Source: a bacterium
GTDB lineage: Bacteria > UBA8248
DNA length: 64,000 nt
Assembly (NCBI GenBank): GCA_965219955.1
Contig: OZ244799.1
Coordinates: forward strand, 2,848,001-2,912,000
Reading direction: 5' to 3'
In this document: positions 18,782-29,531 of the stretch, one piece after another
Position numbering within the stretch: the stretch's first letter is position 1
Layout of the letters: every line of letters starts with the position of its first letter
The notes under the pieces: model-generated
Database searches by the model: none
What the model was told of the DNA's origin: nothing
Seen by the model: only the letters and a program-made list of their open reading frames with translations
Program-made: the position numbers and the translations under genes

Positions 18782-19669
18782 CTACCTGCGCCAGCCCATC
18801 CTGTCCGCGATGCGCAGGATGATGTCCGAGCGGTTGAGGGCGTAGACGTGAAAATGGTTGACGCCCAGTTCCATCAACTCCCAAATCTGGAACGCCGCCA
18901 GATCGGCCGAGCTTTCCAGAAAGGCCTCGGGGTCATTCTCGTAGGGCGCCAACGCATCGACGACGCTTTTGGGCACGCTCGCCCCGCATTTTTCCGCGAA
19001 ACGCTGGACCTGGCCCAGGTCGCGCACGGGCAGGATGCCCGGCGACACGGGAACCGGGACGCCCCGAATCGCCGCCTGCTCCCTGAACCGCTCCCAGACG
19101 TGCGCTTCGAAGAAGAACTGCGAAATCGCGTAGCTGGCCCCTTCGTCGACCTTGCGGATGAAGTGATCCATATCCGCGCTCTTGTCGGGCGTTTCGGGGT
19201 GGCCCTCGGGGTAGCAGGCCACGCCGATGGAGTGGAGCCAGTCGAAGTTACAGAGCCACCGCACGAGGTCGGCGGCATAGCGGAACCCGCCGGCCACGGC
19301 CTCATCGCGCGTCATGCCTTCCGGGATGTCTCCGCGTAGCGCCAGGAAGTCGCACACCCGGTTATCCCCATAAACGTCCAGCAGGCGCTTGAGTTCCGTT
19401 TCGTTCGCGCCCACGCAGGTGAGGTGCGCCACGACGCGACGCGGATAGCGCCTCGCCAGCTCCAGCACCAACTCGAGCGTGCCCTCCTGCGTGGAGCCGC
19501 CCGCTCCGTAAGTCACCGAAATGAAAGCGACGTCCATCGCCTCGTGAATCGCCTCCACCTCGCGCAGGGTGCGCTCCACCGCCTTGCGCCCCTTGGGCGG
19601 ATAGAGCTCGATGGATATGCTCACTCCGGCGGAGACGATGCCATCGATGACGGCGGACAACCCGTTCAT
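18782..19669 (-). CDS. metF: 5,10-methylenetetrahydrofolate reductase
   Basis: SIELYPPK, SVTYGAGGST, AHLTC, LALRGD, YPEGHPE. Confidence 0.93.
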   Translation of the reverse strand: MNGLSAVIDGIVSAGVSISIELYPPKGRKAVERTLREVEAIHEAMDVAFISVTYGAGGSTQEGTLELVLELARRYPRRVVAHLTCVGANETELKRLLDVYGDNRVCDFLALRGDIPEGMTRDEAVAGGFRYAADLVRWLCNFDWLHSIGVACYPEGHPETPDKSADMDHFIRKVDEGASYAISQFFFEAHVWERFREQAAIRGVPVPVSPGILPVRDLGQVQRFAEKCGASVPKSVVDALAPYENDPEAFLESSADLAAFQIWELMELGVNHFHVYALNRSDIILRIADRMGWRR

Positions 19670-19775
19670 CCCTTCCCTCCTCCCTCAGGCGGACGCCGCC
19701 AGTATGCGAGACGCAAAAAAACGGGCGCGGGGCATGTCCACCCCGCGCCCAGGAACATCAGGTACAAAGACCGGC

Positions 19776-20240
19776 CTAGCCCAGACCCTCGAGCGCCGCG
19801 AAGAGCTTCTCGTCGTCGGGCTTCTCGGGCGGAGCGGCCGTCTGCTCCATATAGGCGACGTTCCCGTCCTTGTTGACGAGTATCACCGCGCGGTTGCTGA
19901 ACCCCTTGTCGTTCAAGAGTCCATAGGCCGCGCACGTTCCCTTGCCGAAGAAATCGCTCAGCAGCGGGAACTCGATGCCGTATTGCTCGGCCCAGGCGGC
20001 GTGCGCGAAGGGGCTGTCCACGCTGATGCCGATGACCTCGCAGTCCGCATTGTCGAACTTCGCCTTCTCCGCCTGATAGGCGGGCAGCTGCTCGCTGCAG
20101 ACGGAGGAGAAATCGAACGGGTAGAAGCAAAGCAGGACGTTCTTCTTGCCCCGGTAATCGCTCAGCTTGATCGTGTCGCCCTCGGCGAGGGTTCTCGGCA
20201 GCTCGAACTCGGGAGCCGCATCACCTACGCTCAGTGCCAT
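19776..20240 (-). CDS. Peroxiredoxin (AhpE-like)
   Basis: [23 protein letters not shown]. Confidence 0.88.
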   Translation of the reverse strand: MALSVGDAAPEFELPRTLAEGDTIKLSDYRGKKNVLLCFYPFDFSSVCSEQLPAYQAEKAKFDNADCEVIGISVDSPFAHAAWAEQYGIEFPLLSDFFGKGTCAAYGLLNDKGFSNRAVILVNKDGNVAYMEQTAAPPEKPDDEKLFAALEGLG

Positions 20241-20252
20241 GATACAACCCTC

Positions 20253-20840
<588 letters not shown>

Positions 20841-21087
20841 TTCGTTTTCTCCTTGATGGGAATGGAATGTTCCGATTCAGGTCGTAAAAATCAAACAGCC
20901 GGGGCCGCGACCCCGAAAAATTATCCGAAACCGCCGGATCGCGTGAACGGCGATGAGAGACGATGCGGATGAGTTTTCCGTTTTGAGTAAAATTGTATCT
21001 CTGCCCTGATTCACAAGCGCGCGTATTCTACTTTCAGGGATCGCCTGCGTCAAACCGCATCCCGGTCGGGAACGGCCCCTTTTTCCC

Positions 21088-21987
21088 CTATTCCGGCGCG
21101 TCCATCTTCTGGATCTCGTCGAAATCGCGGTAGAGAAGCGTCAGGTCCTCCTCGATCATCCCCCGCTCGACGGCCTTTTTCAAAAACGAGAGCGTACCCT
21201 CGGCCAACTGGATGTCCGCGCCCCGCTTTCGCCCGATGCCGACGGCGAGGCCAACGTCTTTTTGCAGGTTGTAGATGCGGGCCTGCCCGTTCCACGTGCC
21301 CGAGAGGATGTTGTTCGGAAACCGGTGGCGGCTCGCGTAGCTGTAGGCCGTCGACGCGTTGAAGATGTCGATCATGTCCTCGACCCGCATCCCGAGCCGC
21401 TCGACGAGGCGCGCTCCCTCGCACGTCGCCAGGAACATCGTGTGGAGCACCATGTTGTGGATGAGCTTCATGGTGTGGCCCGAGCCCAGCGCACCCAGAT
21501 GGAAGACGTGATCCACGAAGGGCTTGAGGTATCGCCTCGTTCGCTTGAGGAGCTTCTCGTCTCCGCCGATCATGAGCGTGAGCTTCCCCTCCAGGATGTT
21601 GCCGGGCCCGCCGCTCATGCCGGCGTCGAGATAGCCCAGCCCCGCGCGCTCGGCGCGCTTCGCAAGGCGCTTGGTCTTCGCCGGGTCGGACGTCGTGAGG
21701 TCGTAGACGACGAGGCCTTTTCCCGGGTTTTTGAGCAGGCCGTCCTTTCCCCGGAAACACGCGGCAATTTCCTCCGATGAAGGAACGACGAAGAAGACGA
21801 CCGCGCAGGATTCCCCTATCTCGCGCGGCGTGGCGATGGCGACGTCCTCGGCTCCCTCGAAGGGCTCCCGCCTTTCCTCTGAAACGTCCCAGACCATCAG
21901 GGGCATCTTCGCCCCGATAAACCTTTGCGCCACGGGATTCCCCATGCGGCCCAGGCCGATGACGCCCACGCTGTTTCTTTTCGCCAT
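21088..21987 (-). CDS. 3-hydroxyisobutyrate dehydrogenase-family oxidoreductase
   Basis: GVIGLGRMG, DAGMSGG, MKLIHN. Confidence 0.88.
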   Translation of the reverse strand: MAKRNSVGVIGLGRMGNPVAQRFIGAKMPLMVWDVSEERREPFEGAEDVAIATPREIGESCAVVFFVVPSSEEIAACFRGKDGLLKNPGKGLVVYDLTTSDPAKTKRLAKRAERAGLGYLDAGMSGGPGNILEGKLTLMIGGDEKLLKRTRRYLKPFVDHVFHLGALGSGHTMKLIHNMVLHTMFLATCEGARLVERLGMRVEDMIDIFNASTAYSYASRHRFPNNILSGTWNGQARIYNLQKDVGLAVGIGRKRGADIQLAEGTLSFLKKAVERGMIEEDLTLLYRDFDEIQKMDAPE

Positions 21988-22025
21988 GCAACACCTCGGA
22001 TGGATGAACCAGAAATGACTTTTGC

Positions 22026-22102
22026 TGGAGCCGACGACCGGACTTGAACCGGTGACCTGCTGATTACGAATCAGCTGCTCTACCTGTCTGAGCTACGTCG
22101 GC
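22026..22102 (-). tRNA. tRNA-Thr(CGT)
   Basis: Cloverleaf GCCGACG...GCTGA-TTCGTAA-TCAGC...GGTTCAAGTCC...CGTCGGC-T-CCA. Confidence 0.95.
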
Positions 22103-22282
22103 TGAAAGGAGTATGCAACCCTGGTGAGGCTCGCGTTCCCCATGAGGGTGGTATTGAACACACCGCCCCCGCCTTCGTCAAGCCAACGGCGGCGCGAGCA
22201 GCCGAATTCCGCCTTTCACCGTTCGCGGTTTCATCGGACGGCTTGACTTACGAGCCGACGCGTCGTAAATCTCTTTTCTCTT

Positions 22283-22355
<73 letters not shown>

Positions 22356-22513
22356 CTACAAACCATCCCGAATCCGTTCGGGTTTCATACTATTTCTCAC
22401 AGGAACGCCCGGACTACGTCTCGTGCGGGAATGCGGCCCGCCCCCGGTGGGGGCCGGTTCGCGCGCCGGGCAACCCACGGCCCGCTCCCAGATCACCACG
22501 ATGGAGACCGAAC

Positions 22514-22897
22514 ATGGACGACGCCGAGAAGAAGGCCCTGATCGAGAAGACCGTCGCCGACCGCGGCTGGGTGCTGCCCGAGCAGGAGTTCTACATCAAC
22601 AAAGACCCCGAATACCACGTGCGCCAGAGCGCGCTCTACAACCACGTCATCAAGCGCGAGGGCGCGCTCTCTGAAAAGATGCGCGAGATCATCATCATCA
22701 CCGCCCTTTGCGTGCGCCTCCCCGGTACGGAGGTGGATACCTACGTCAAGAACCACATCCGCCGCGCGCTGGACTTAGGAGCCACCGAGGATGAGATATT
22801 CGAGGCCGTGCAGTGCCTCATTTTCCCGGCCGGCGGCCCCTCGCTTATGATGGGCATCAAATGCCTCCGCGCCGTCCTGGAAGAACGGAACGCTTAA
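22514..22897 (+). CDS. Carboxymuconolactone decarboxylase (CMD/AhpD fold) family protein
   Basis: GALSEKMREIIII...HIRRALDLGATEDEIFEA. Confidence 0.8.
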   Translation: MDDAEKKALIEKTVADRGWVLPEQEFYINKDPEYHVRQSALYNHVIKREGALSEKMREIIIITALCVRLPGTEVDTYVKNHIRRALDLGATEDEIFEAVQCLIFPAGGPSLMMGIKCLRAVLEERNA

Positions 22898-22930
22898 TAT
22901 CCATTATTCGATATCCCTGGGAGACACCGC

Positions 22931-23668
22931 ATGGACAGAAGCATCTGGGCGACCTGGTACGATCTGCCGAAAGAAGACGAGGCCGGATACAACGACTGGC
23001 TCCACCACACGCACATCAAGGAAGCGCTCAAACGCCCCGGCTACATGTGGGCGGCCCACTATGAACTCGTGGACCGCGAATCGCCCAAGTCCAAGAAAAA
23101 AGACCATCTGGCCTACACGGACGACCCCTCGATCCCGAGCGGCACGGAGTTTCTGCTGCTCTTCGGCGGCGCGAGCGCCGAGGTGTTCCTGAGTCCCAAC
23201 CCCGCCCAGCTCGCGGAGACCTATTCGGACGAGACGAAGGCGATGATCGCCAAGCGAATCGGCGAGCGCACGGGCATCTTCACCGAGGTGGACCGGGTGA
23301 ACGGCCCCGCCGCCGCCACGCGCGCGGTGGGCGGCGTGCCCGCGCCAATCCTCCAGATGGGAACCTTCAACTGCTTCACGCCGGAGGATGATTTTGATCT
23401 CAGCTCGTGGTACGCGCAGGACCGCCTGCCCGCGATGAAGTACATGCGCGGCTGCGTGGGCACGCGCAAGCTCGTCTCCGTGGCGGGATGGGCGAAGCAC
23501 TCCATTTTTTACGAGTTCGTTTCGCTGGAGATGGTTCTCGAGCACTTCCCGCGCGCGGACAAGCTCTTCCCCGGCGAGAACGACTGGTCGTACCACGTAT
23601 GCCAGCGCCTGCTCCACGCCCCCGGCTCGCCGACACGCGGCAAGCGCATCTGGCCGCCGGTCGAATAA
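22931..23668 (+). CDS. Hypothetical protein, probably tandem EthD/DUF4286-like domains
   Basis: Two related segments, YNDWLHHTHIKEALKRPGY and LSSWYAQDRLPAMKYMRGC. Confidence 0.6.
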   Translation: MDRSIWATWYDLPKEDEAGYNDWLHHTHIKEALKRPGYMWAAHYELVDRESPKSKKKDHLAYTDDPSIPSGTEFLLLFGGASAEVFLSPNPAQLAETYSDETKAMIAKRIGERTGIFTEVDRVNGPAAATRAVGGVPAPILQMGTFNCFTPEDDFDLSSWYAQDRLPAMKYMRGCVGTRKLVSVAGWAKHSIFYEFVSLEMVLEHFPRADKLFPGENDWSYHVCQRLLHAPGSPTRGKRIWPPVE

Positions 23669-23684
23669 AGCGGAGGACGCGCGT

Positions 23685-24368
23685 ATGAACTACATGAAAC
23701 CGATTCAGGTCGAGGAGGCGGAAGGCGAAGCCGCGAAACTCTTCGAGGGCGTGACGAAGATGCTCGGCCGCGTGGCGAATTCCTTCGCCGTCATGGCCTA
23801 TCAGCCCCACGTCGCCAAGGTCATCCTGCCGCTCACGGTAACGCTCATGCGCGAGGGGCTGGGCACGGTGCTGCCCACCAGGATCAAGGAGATCGCCGTC
23901 ATCAAGACGAGCCACCTGAACGGGTGCGACTACTGACTCGGGCACAACACGGCGCTCGGTCGAGACGCCGGGGTGACGGAAGCGCAGGTGCAGGAAATCT
24001 GCTCGGACGCCTATATGGACTCCGAAACCATGACCCCAAGGGAGAAGGCCGCCGTCCTGTGGGCGGAGCACGTGACGCTGAACACCGCCAAGACGCGCGA
24101 CGACGTGTTCGAGGAAGTGCGGCGCCACTACGATGACCGGGAGTTCGTCGAACTCACGATGGTCATCACCTATTTCAACATGAGAAACCGCTTTCAGGAC
24201 GCCCTGCGCATTCCGCTGGATGAGCCGAAAACGATATCGGGCATCACCATCGGCCGCAGGCAGGACCCCGAGAATCTGAAAGCCTATCTCGCGGAAGTGG
24301 TGGCGGACTGGCCCGAGACCTTCCCAGGGCCTGAGGACAAAAGTGTTGAAAAACCTTCGATTTCGTGA
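23685..24368 (+). CDS. AhpD/CMD-like peroxidase-related selenoprotein candidate (CxxU), 227 aa
   Basis: Track ORFs 23685-23936 and 23973-24368 are in frame: SHLNGCDY-TGA-LGH, with TGA at the second Cys of CxxCxxH; hairpin follows. Confidence 0.85.
23950..23970 (+). promoter_or_regulatory. Putative bacterial SECIS hairpin
   Basis: CGGCG-CTC-GGTC-GAG-A-CGCCG begins 13 nt after the TGA; G-containing apical loop. Confidence 0.7.
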
Positions 24369-24420
24369 TTCGGCGTGTAGAGCCGACTGGGGAGGAAAGA
24401 GACTACACTCCCCCCTTGAG

Positions 24421-24740
24421 GGGGTTGGTGGAAAAGACTCTAAGAACGAAGATTTGCCCGACCGATGAATGAGCAAGAATCACTCCCCCCTTGAGGGGGA
24501 GTCGAAGAGCTGAGGGCGTAAGCCCGAAAGCGATTCGGTGGGGGGTATAATTCGAAATGGCAATAAAACACATTTTACCCCCCACCGATTCAGCCTTCGC
24601 AAAAAACGCTCGGCTTCATCGACTCCCCCTCAAGGGGGGAGTGGTTGATTGGTGCTCTGCAAGGGAGGAATAAAGTTTCATCCCTTTATGGTCGGCTCCA
24701 TACGTGGAATCACGAAATCAGGGGCTTTTTCAACAACCCC
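24421..24740. mobile_element. MITE-like element with an inverted CACTCCCCCCTTGAGGGGGAGTCGA pair
   Basis: Ends GGGGTTGGTGGAAAAGAC and GGGGCTTTTTCAACAACCCC; internal inverted copies at about 24481-24546 and 24577-24643. Confidence 0.55.
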
Positions 24741-24771
24741 GGAATAAAGAGAACTCAGGAGGCTGTCAGCC

Positions 24772-25215
24772 ATGAACGAAAAGCCCGATTTCGTCTGGGA
24801 GAACCTGGAAGTCGGCATGACGATCGGCGAGCGCAGCCTCACGGTGACGCAAGCGATGGTGGACGCGCACTGCGACGCCGTGGGCGCAAAGCGGGAGTGG
24901 TATACGGGCGAATCGCCCTTTGGCTGCGCCATCGCGCCGCCCATGATCTTCATCAACGACCTGCTCGCCATCTACGATGAGAACTACAAGCGCTTCGGCA
25001 CCATCCACGCCAAGCTCGGCTACCGCTTCCACCGGCCCGTGCGGGTCGGCGAAACGGTGCGCCAGAAAGTCACGGTGACCGACCTCTACGTCAAGCGCGA
25101 GAAGGGCTGGATCGTGAGCGAGCTCGCCGTTACGAACGAGGCGGGGGAACTCCTGCTCACCTCCTCGCACACTTCCGTCCTGAGTCTCACGAGAAAGCAC
25201 GGAGAAGATGATTAA
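24772..25215 (+). CDS. MaoC-like hotdog dehydratase subunit
   Basis: ESPFGCAIAPP, TIHAK...FHRPVRVGE. Confidence 0.78.
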   Translation: MNEKPDFVWENLEVGMTIGERSLTVTQAMVDAHCDAVGAKREWYTGESPFGCAIAPPMIFINDLLAIYDENYKRFGTIHAKLGYRFHRPVRVGETVRQKVTVTDLYVKREKGWIVSELAVTNEAGELLLTSSHTSVLSLTRKHGEDD

Positions 25216-25645
25216 TACGCCCGCAGAACTCGACAATATGAATATCGGAGACGCTCTCCCCGAGCGGACGCACGAGGTGGACTGGGAGGACATCCTGAAA
25301 TTCAACCGCTACGTCACCGGCGGGGTGGATACGAAGAACATCCACACCGATGATGAGGTGGCGCGAAAAGCGGGTCTCCCCCGCGCGGTGGCGACGGGCC
25401 GCCACCCCGTGTCGTTCATCACCGAACTCATGGTCGACCACCTGGGGATGGGCTTCATCACGGGTGGAGAAATCGATGTTTCTTTCGTCAAGCCCATATT
25501 CCCGGGCAACGTTCTGACGCTCAAGGCGGTGCTCAAAGAAAAATCGCCTGAAGACGGCGCGACGCGCTATCTCTTCGACGTTTCGCTCACGAACCAGGAA
25601 GGCGCAGCCGTCACCGTCGGCACCGCTGGCGCCCGACTCGCCTGA
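25208..25645 (+). CDS. MaoC-family dehydratase
   Basis: DTKNIHTDDEVARKAGLP...FVKPIFPG. Confidence 0.82.
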   Translation: MINTPAELDNMNIGDALPERTHEVDWEDILKFNRYVTGGVDTKNIHTDDEVARKAGLPRAVATGRHPVSFITELMVDHLGMGFITGGEIDVSFVKPIFPGNVLTLKAVLKEKSPEDGATRYLFDVSLTNQEGAAVTVGTAGARLA

Positions 25646-25655
25646 TCTCCACCCG

Positions 25656-27764
25656 ATGAGCGCGCACGAATCCCTGGACAGCCTGTTTCACCCGAAATCC
25701 TTTGCGGTGGTGGGTGCGGCCTCCGATCTCAACCGCCTGGGCGGCATCCCTCTCAGGCTCACGATGCGCTACGGCTTTCCCGGCCCCATCTACCCGATCA
25801 ATCCGAGGCGCGAGGAGATAGCGGGCTTAAAATGCTACGCGGACGTCGCCTCCCTGCCCGAAGCGCCCGAATTCGCGCTCATCTGCACCCCGAGAGAAGA
25901 CGTACTACCCGCCCTCGCCCAGTGCGCGGAGCGCGGCGTCAAGGCAGCCGCCGTCATCACGTCGGGCTTCGCGGAAACGGGCGCAGAGGGCGTTGCGCTT
26001 CAGGAGAAAATCCTCGCGCTCCGCGACGCGTCCGGCATGCGCGTCCTCGGCCCCAACTGCATGGGCGTGGTGCACGTGCGCTCGAAGCTCATGGCCACGT
26101 TCACGATATCCATCCGCGACGACGACCCGCTCATACCGGGGGCGGTGGCCATCGTCACCCAGAGCGGGGCGATGGGGGCGTGCATGCTCACGGGCTTTCA
26201 GGAGAGCGGCTCCGGCATCAGCAGCCTCGTGAGCCTCGGCAACGAGGTGGACGTTGATTTCGCCGAATGCGTCGAATACTTCATCGACGACCCGCACACG
26301 CGCGTCATCTGCGGGTATCTCGAATCGGTGCGCGACGGCGAGCGCCTGAGGCGCGCCGCCCTGCGCGCGCTGGAGCGGGAAAAACCCATCGTCCTCCTCA
26401 AGGGCGGCAAGACGGAAGAGGGCGCGCGCGCCGCGCGAAGCCACACCGCCGCCATCACGACTTCGAGCGACGTTTTTGGCGCCTTCGCCGCGCAATACGG
26501 GATTCAGACGCCGGACTCGATGGACGAGTTCATCGAGACAGCGGATTTCCTCGCGCGCAGCAAACCCATCCAAGGCAACGGGGTGGGGATTTTGAGCTTC
26601 TCGGGCGGGCTGGGCTCGCTCGCGGCGGATTTATCCACCGTGGCGGGGCTTACGCTCCCGATCCTCGCGGAGGGCACACAGGAAAAACTCGCGGGCGTCC
26701 TGCCCGACTACGCGCCCAAGGACAATCCCGTCGACCTCGTATCCCTCATGGTCAGCAAGCCCGAGAGCCAGCCCCTCAAGACGGCGGGCGAAGCCGTGGC
26801 GGGGGATAAGAACGTGGACGCCCTGCTCTTCATGATGGGCGTCTACCACCACGTGGGCGAGCAGATTGCACAGGAAGTTAAGGCGCTCTTCGAAGCCTCA
26901 CGCGTGCCCGTCGCATTCACCTGGATGACTGGGCCTCGCGAGCAGATAGACGCGCTCAGGAAATCCTCCGTGCCCGTATTCGGGGATTATTCGAGAGCGA
27001 TTCACGGCCTGGAATCCCTCTTATCCTTGAAAAACGCGCGCGAGGCGACAGCATCCCGTCCCTGCGCTATCGACACGGCACGCGCGGAAGCAGCGAAACG
27101 AATCATACGGGAGCACGCCCCCTTGGTTAGTGGTTTTCTGCCACCCGAAGCCTGCGCGAAGGTTCTCGACCTCTACAAAATTCCGAGGCCCAGGGAAGCG
27201 CTCGTGGATACGGGGGATGAAGCACTCATGGCCTGGGAGGAATTTCAGGCCCCCGTCGCCCTCAAGGTCGTATCGGAACTCCTTTCGCACAAGACGGAAG
27301 CGGGCGGCGTGCTCCTGAACCTCGATACAATCGATGACGTGCTTGCCGGGTCCGAAAAACTCCTCGCCTTGACGGACGATGCCCGCCTCCTGGTGCAGGA
27401 AATGGTCGAAGGCGGCCTGGAGCTATTCGTCGGCGTATCGCACGACCCGACGTTCGGCCCGTGCGTCACGGCGGGGCTGGGCGGGGTGTACGTGGAGGCG
27501 TTGGACGACGTGGCCCGCCTGCTGCCGCCCTTCGATGCCGGGGAGGCCGCGCGCGTGCTCTCAAGACTCCGCTCGCGCGTCATCTTCGACGGCTTCCGGG
27601 GCGGGCCGAAAGTTCAAATCCCGCACATATCCGATATAATGGTCAAAATCTCCGAACTGGCGACGGAACTCGGGAACGATGTCGCCGAGATGGACTTGAA
27701 CCCGCTCATCGCCACGGCGGAAGGCTGCATCGCCGTTGACGTTCGGATAAAGACTCATTCCTGA
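25656..27764 (+). CDS. ADP-forming acyl-CoA ligase (fused alpha-beta)
   Basis: LGPNCMG, QSGA, ARSHT, HKTEAGGV, DLNPL. Confidence 0.92.
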   Translation: MSAHESLDSLFHPKSFAVVGAASDLNRLGGIPLRLTMRYGFPGPIYPINPRREEIAGLKCYADVASLPEAPEFALICTPREDVLPALAQCAERGVKAAAVITSGFAETGAEGVALQEKILALRDASGMRVLGPNCMGVVHVRSKLMATFTISIRDDDPLIPGAVAIVTQSGAMGACMLTGFQESGSGISSLVSLGNEVDVDFAECVEYFIDDPHTRVICGYLESVRDGERLRRAALRALEREKPIVLLKGGKTEEGARAARSHTAAITTSSDVFGAFAAQYGIQTPDSMDEFIETADFLARSKPIQGNGVGILSFSGGLGSLAADLSTVAGLTLPILAEGTQEKLAGVLPDYAPKDNPVDLVSLMVSKPESQPLKTAGEAVAGDKNVDALLFMMGVYHHVGEQIAQEVKALFEASRVPVAFTWMTGPREQIDALRKSSVPVFGDYSRAIHGLESLLSLKNAREATASRPCAIDTARAEAAKRIIREHAPLVSGFLPPEACAKVLDLYKIPRPREALVDTGDEALMAWEEFQAPVALKVVSELLSHKTEAGGVLLNLDTIDDVLAGSEKLLALTDDARLLVQEMVEGGLELFVGVSHDPTFGPCVTAGLGGVYVEALDDVARLLPPFDAGEAARVLSRLRSRVIFDGFRGGPKVQIPHISDIMVKISELATELGNDVAEMDLNPLIATAEGCIAVDVRIKTHS

Positions 27765-27777
27765 CGAGAGGAACCGC

Positions 27778-28212
27778 ATGAGCACGAGAATCACGCCGGA
27801 AATACGCGCCCTGGTGGGGCGAAAGCACGGCCCCTACCGCGTGAGGGTCGAGCAGGGGGCGGTCGAGAAATTCGCGGACGCAATCGGCGACGATAACCCC
27901 GCCTACCGGGGAGCCGACGCTATCGCGCCGCCGACGTTTCCCACCACCTTCCGGCCCAGGGACGCCTATCCCGACTTGCCGCCCGGTTTCGGCGACGTGG
28001 GCCTTCATGCCTCGCAGGTCTACGAGGTCGAGCGGCCCATCCGCGCGGGCGATGAGCTGGACGTCTCCTTCACCATCGTGGACATCACCGAAAAATCGGG
28101 CCGAACGGGCGACCTCGTGTTCGTCGAACGCGAATACGAGTTTACCGACGCGCGCGACGGCGCTCGCGTGGGAGGCGGCAAGTGGGTGTCGCTCCGGCGA
28201 TTCAGGAACTGA
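27778..28212 (+). CDS. MaoC N-terminal-like (HadA-type) dehydratase subunit
   Basis: KFADAIGDDNPAY...APPTF...LHASQ..E.ERPIRAGD. Confidence 0.82.
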   Translation: MSTRITPEIRALVGRKHGPYRVRVEQGAVEKFADAIGDDNPAYRGADAIAPPTFPTTFRPRDAYPDLPPGFGDVGLHASQVYEVERPIRAGDELDVSFTIVDITEKSGRTGDLVFVEREYEFTDARDGARVGGGKWVSLRRFRN

Positions 28213-28222
28213 GGGAGAGACG

Positions 28223-28624
28223 ATGAGCTACCAGAAGGGCGACGCACTCCCCGAACTCGTGAAAGACCCGGTTTCGCGGACGCAGCTCGTGAAATACGCC
28301 GGCGCGAGCGGGGATTACAACTCGATCCACTATGACGACGAGGCGGCGCGGGCGGGCGGTCTGGAGGGCGTCATCGCCCACGGGATGCTCTCGATGGGCT
28401 TTCTGGGGCAGTTCGTCGAAACCACCTTCGGCGCGGGAAGCTACAAGCGGCTGGAGGTGCGCTTTCAGGGCATGGTGAAGCTGGGCGAGGTCATCACCTG
28501 CCGGGGCGTCATCACGGACATCACGCAAGAAATGGATCGCCAATACGCCGCCTGCGATATCGAGGCGGTAGACTCGGAAGGCCGCGTCGTCACCCAAGGC
28601 CGCGCACAGGCCTGGCTGGACTGA
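28223..28624 (+). CDS. MaoC (HadB-type) dehydratase
   Basis: YAGASGDYNSIHYD...IAHGM; ATG at 28223. Confidence 0.88.
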   Translation: MSYQKGDALPELVKDPVSRTQLVKYAGASGDYNSIHYDDEAARAGGLEGVIAHGMLSMGFLGQFVETTFGAGSYKRLEVRFQGMVKLGEVITCRGVITDITQEMDRQYAACDIEAVDSEGRVVTQGRAQAWLD

Positions 28625-28652
28625 ATCCACAGAACGGAAAGAGAGGAATTCC

Positions 28653-29396
28653 ATGAGACTGAAAGACAAGAACGCCCTCGTCACGGGCGCTGCGCAGGGC
28701 ATCGGCCGCTCGGTCTGCCAACGCTTCGCCGAAGAAGGCGCCAAGGTGCTCGTCGTCGACATGAACGAGGAAGGCGGCGAGGAGACGGCGCGCCTGATAA
28801 GGGAAGCCGGGGGGGAGGCGCTCTTCCACAAGGCCGACGTGAGCAGCCTCGAAGAAGTCGAGGGCGCGCTCGACGCGTCCGAGGCCGCGCACGGGCCCAT
28901 CCACGTCATGGTGAACAACGCCGGCATCGTGCGCGCGGCCATGCTCCACAAAATGAGCGAAGAACAATGGGACTCCGTGATCGCCGTGCACTTGAAGGGC
29001 ACCTGGACGGGCATCCACGCGGCGGCCAAGCGCATGATCCCCCGGAAGGAGGGCCGCATCATCAACGTCACCTCGGGCGCGGGGCTTCGCGGCACCATCG
29101 GGCAGATCAACTACTCCTCCGCCAAGATGGGCATCGTCGGCGCGACGCAGAGCGCGGCCCGCGAACTGGGACGCCACAACATCACCGTGAACTGCGTCTC
29201 GCCCGCGGCCATCACCCCGATGACGGAGACGATTCGCACGGACGAGCGCTTTGAATCGAAGTATCTCGAGCGCATCTGCCTGGGCCGGTGGGGCGAGCCC
29301 GAGGAGATGGCGGCGGGGTTCGTCTTTCTCGCTTCGGACGAGGCGAGCTACGTGACCGGCATCGTGCTCCGAATCGACGGCGGGCTGGGGATGTGA
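28653..29396 (+). CDS. SDR, 3-oxoacyl reductase (FabG-like)
   Basis: TGAAQGIG, NNAGI, YSSAK. Confidence 0.9.
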   Translation: MRLKDKNALVTGAAQGIGRSVCQRFAEEGAKVLVVDMNEEGGEETARLIREAGGEALFHKADVSSLEEVEGALDASEAAHGPIHVMVNNAGIVRAAMLHKMSEEQWDSVIAVHLKGTWTGIHAAAKRMIPRKEGRIINVTSGAGLRGTIGQINYSSAKMGIVGATQSAARELGRHNITVNCVSPAAITPMTETIRTDERFESKYLERICLGRWGEPEEMAAGFVFLASDEASYVTGIVLRIDGGLGM

Positions 29397-29399
29397 TTT

Positions 29400-29427
29400 G
29401 TAGGGACAGGTCGCGACCTGTCCCTAC
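29400..29427. repeat. GTAG-type REP palindrome
   Basis: GTAGGGACAGGTCGCGACCTGTCCCTAC, a perfect palindrome. Confidence 0.75.
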
Positions 29428-29531
29428 GGGAATAACCCTCGCTCCCCACCCCCCATCTGGCATCCCCATGAACGGCCTGCTAGAATCGCCGGAGGTTTTG
29501 CCCCTACACGAAAGATGCGGAGGAACCGCCC

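Noticed and set aside
23685-24368. Pseudogene or two separate genes
   Set aside because: The TGA sits exactly at a catalytic Cys position and is followed by a SECIS-like hairpin.
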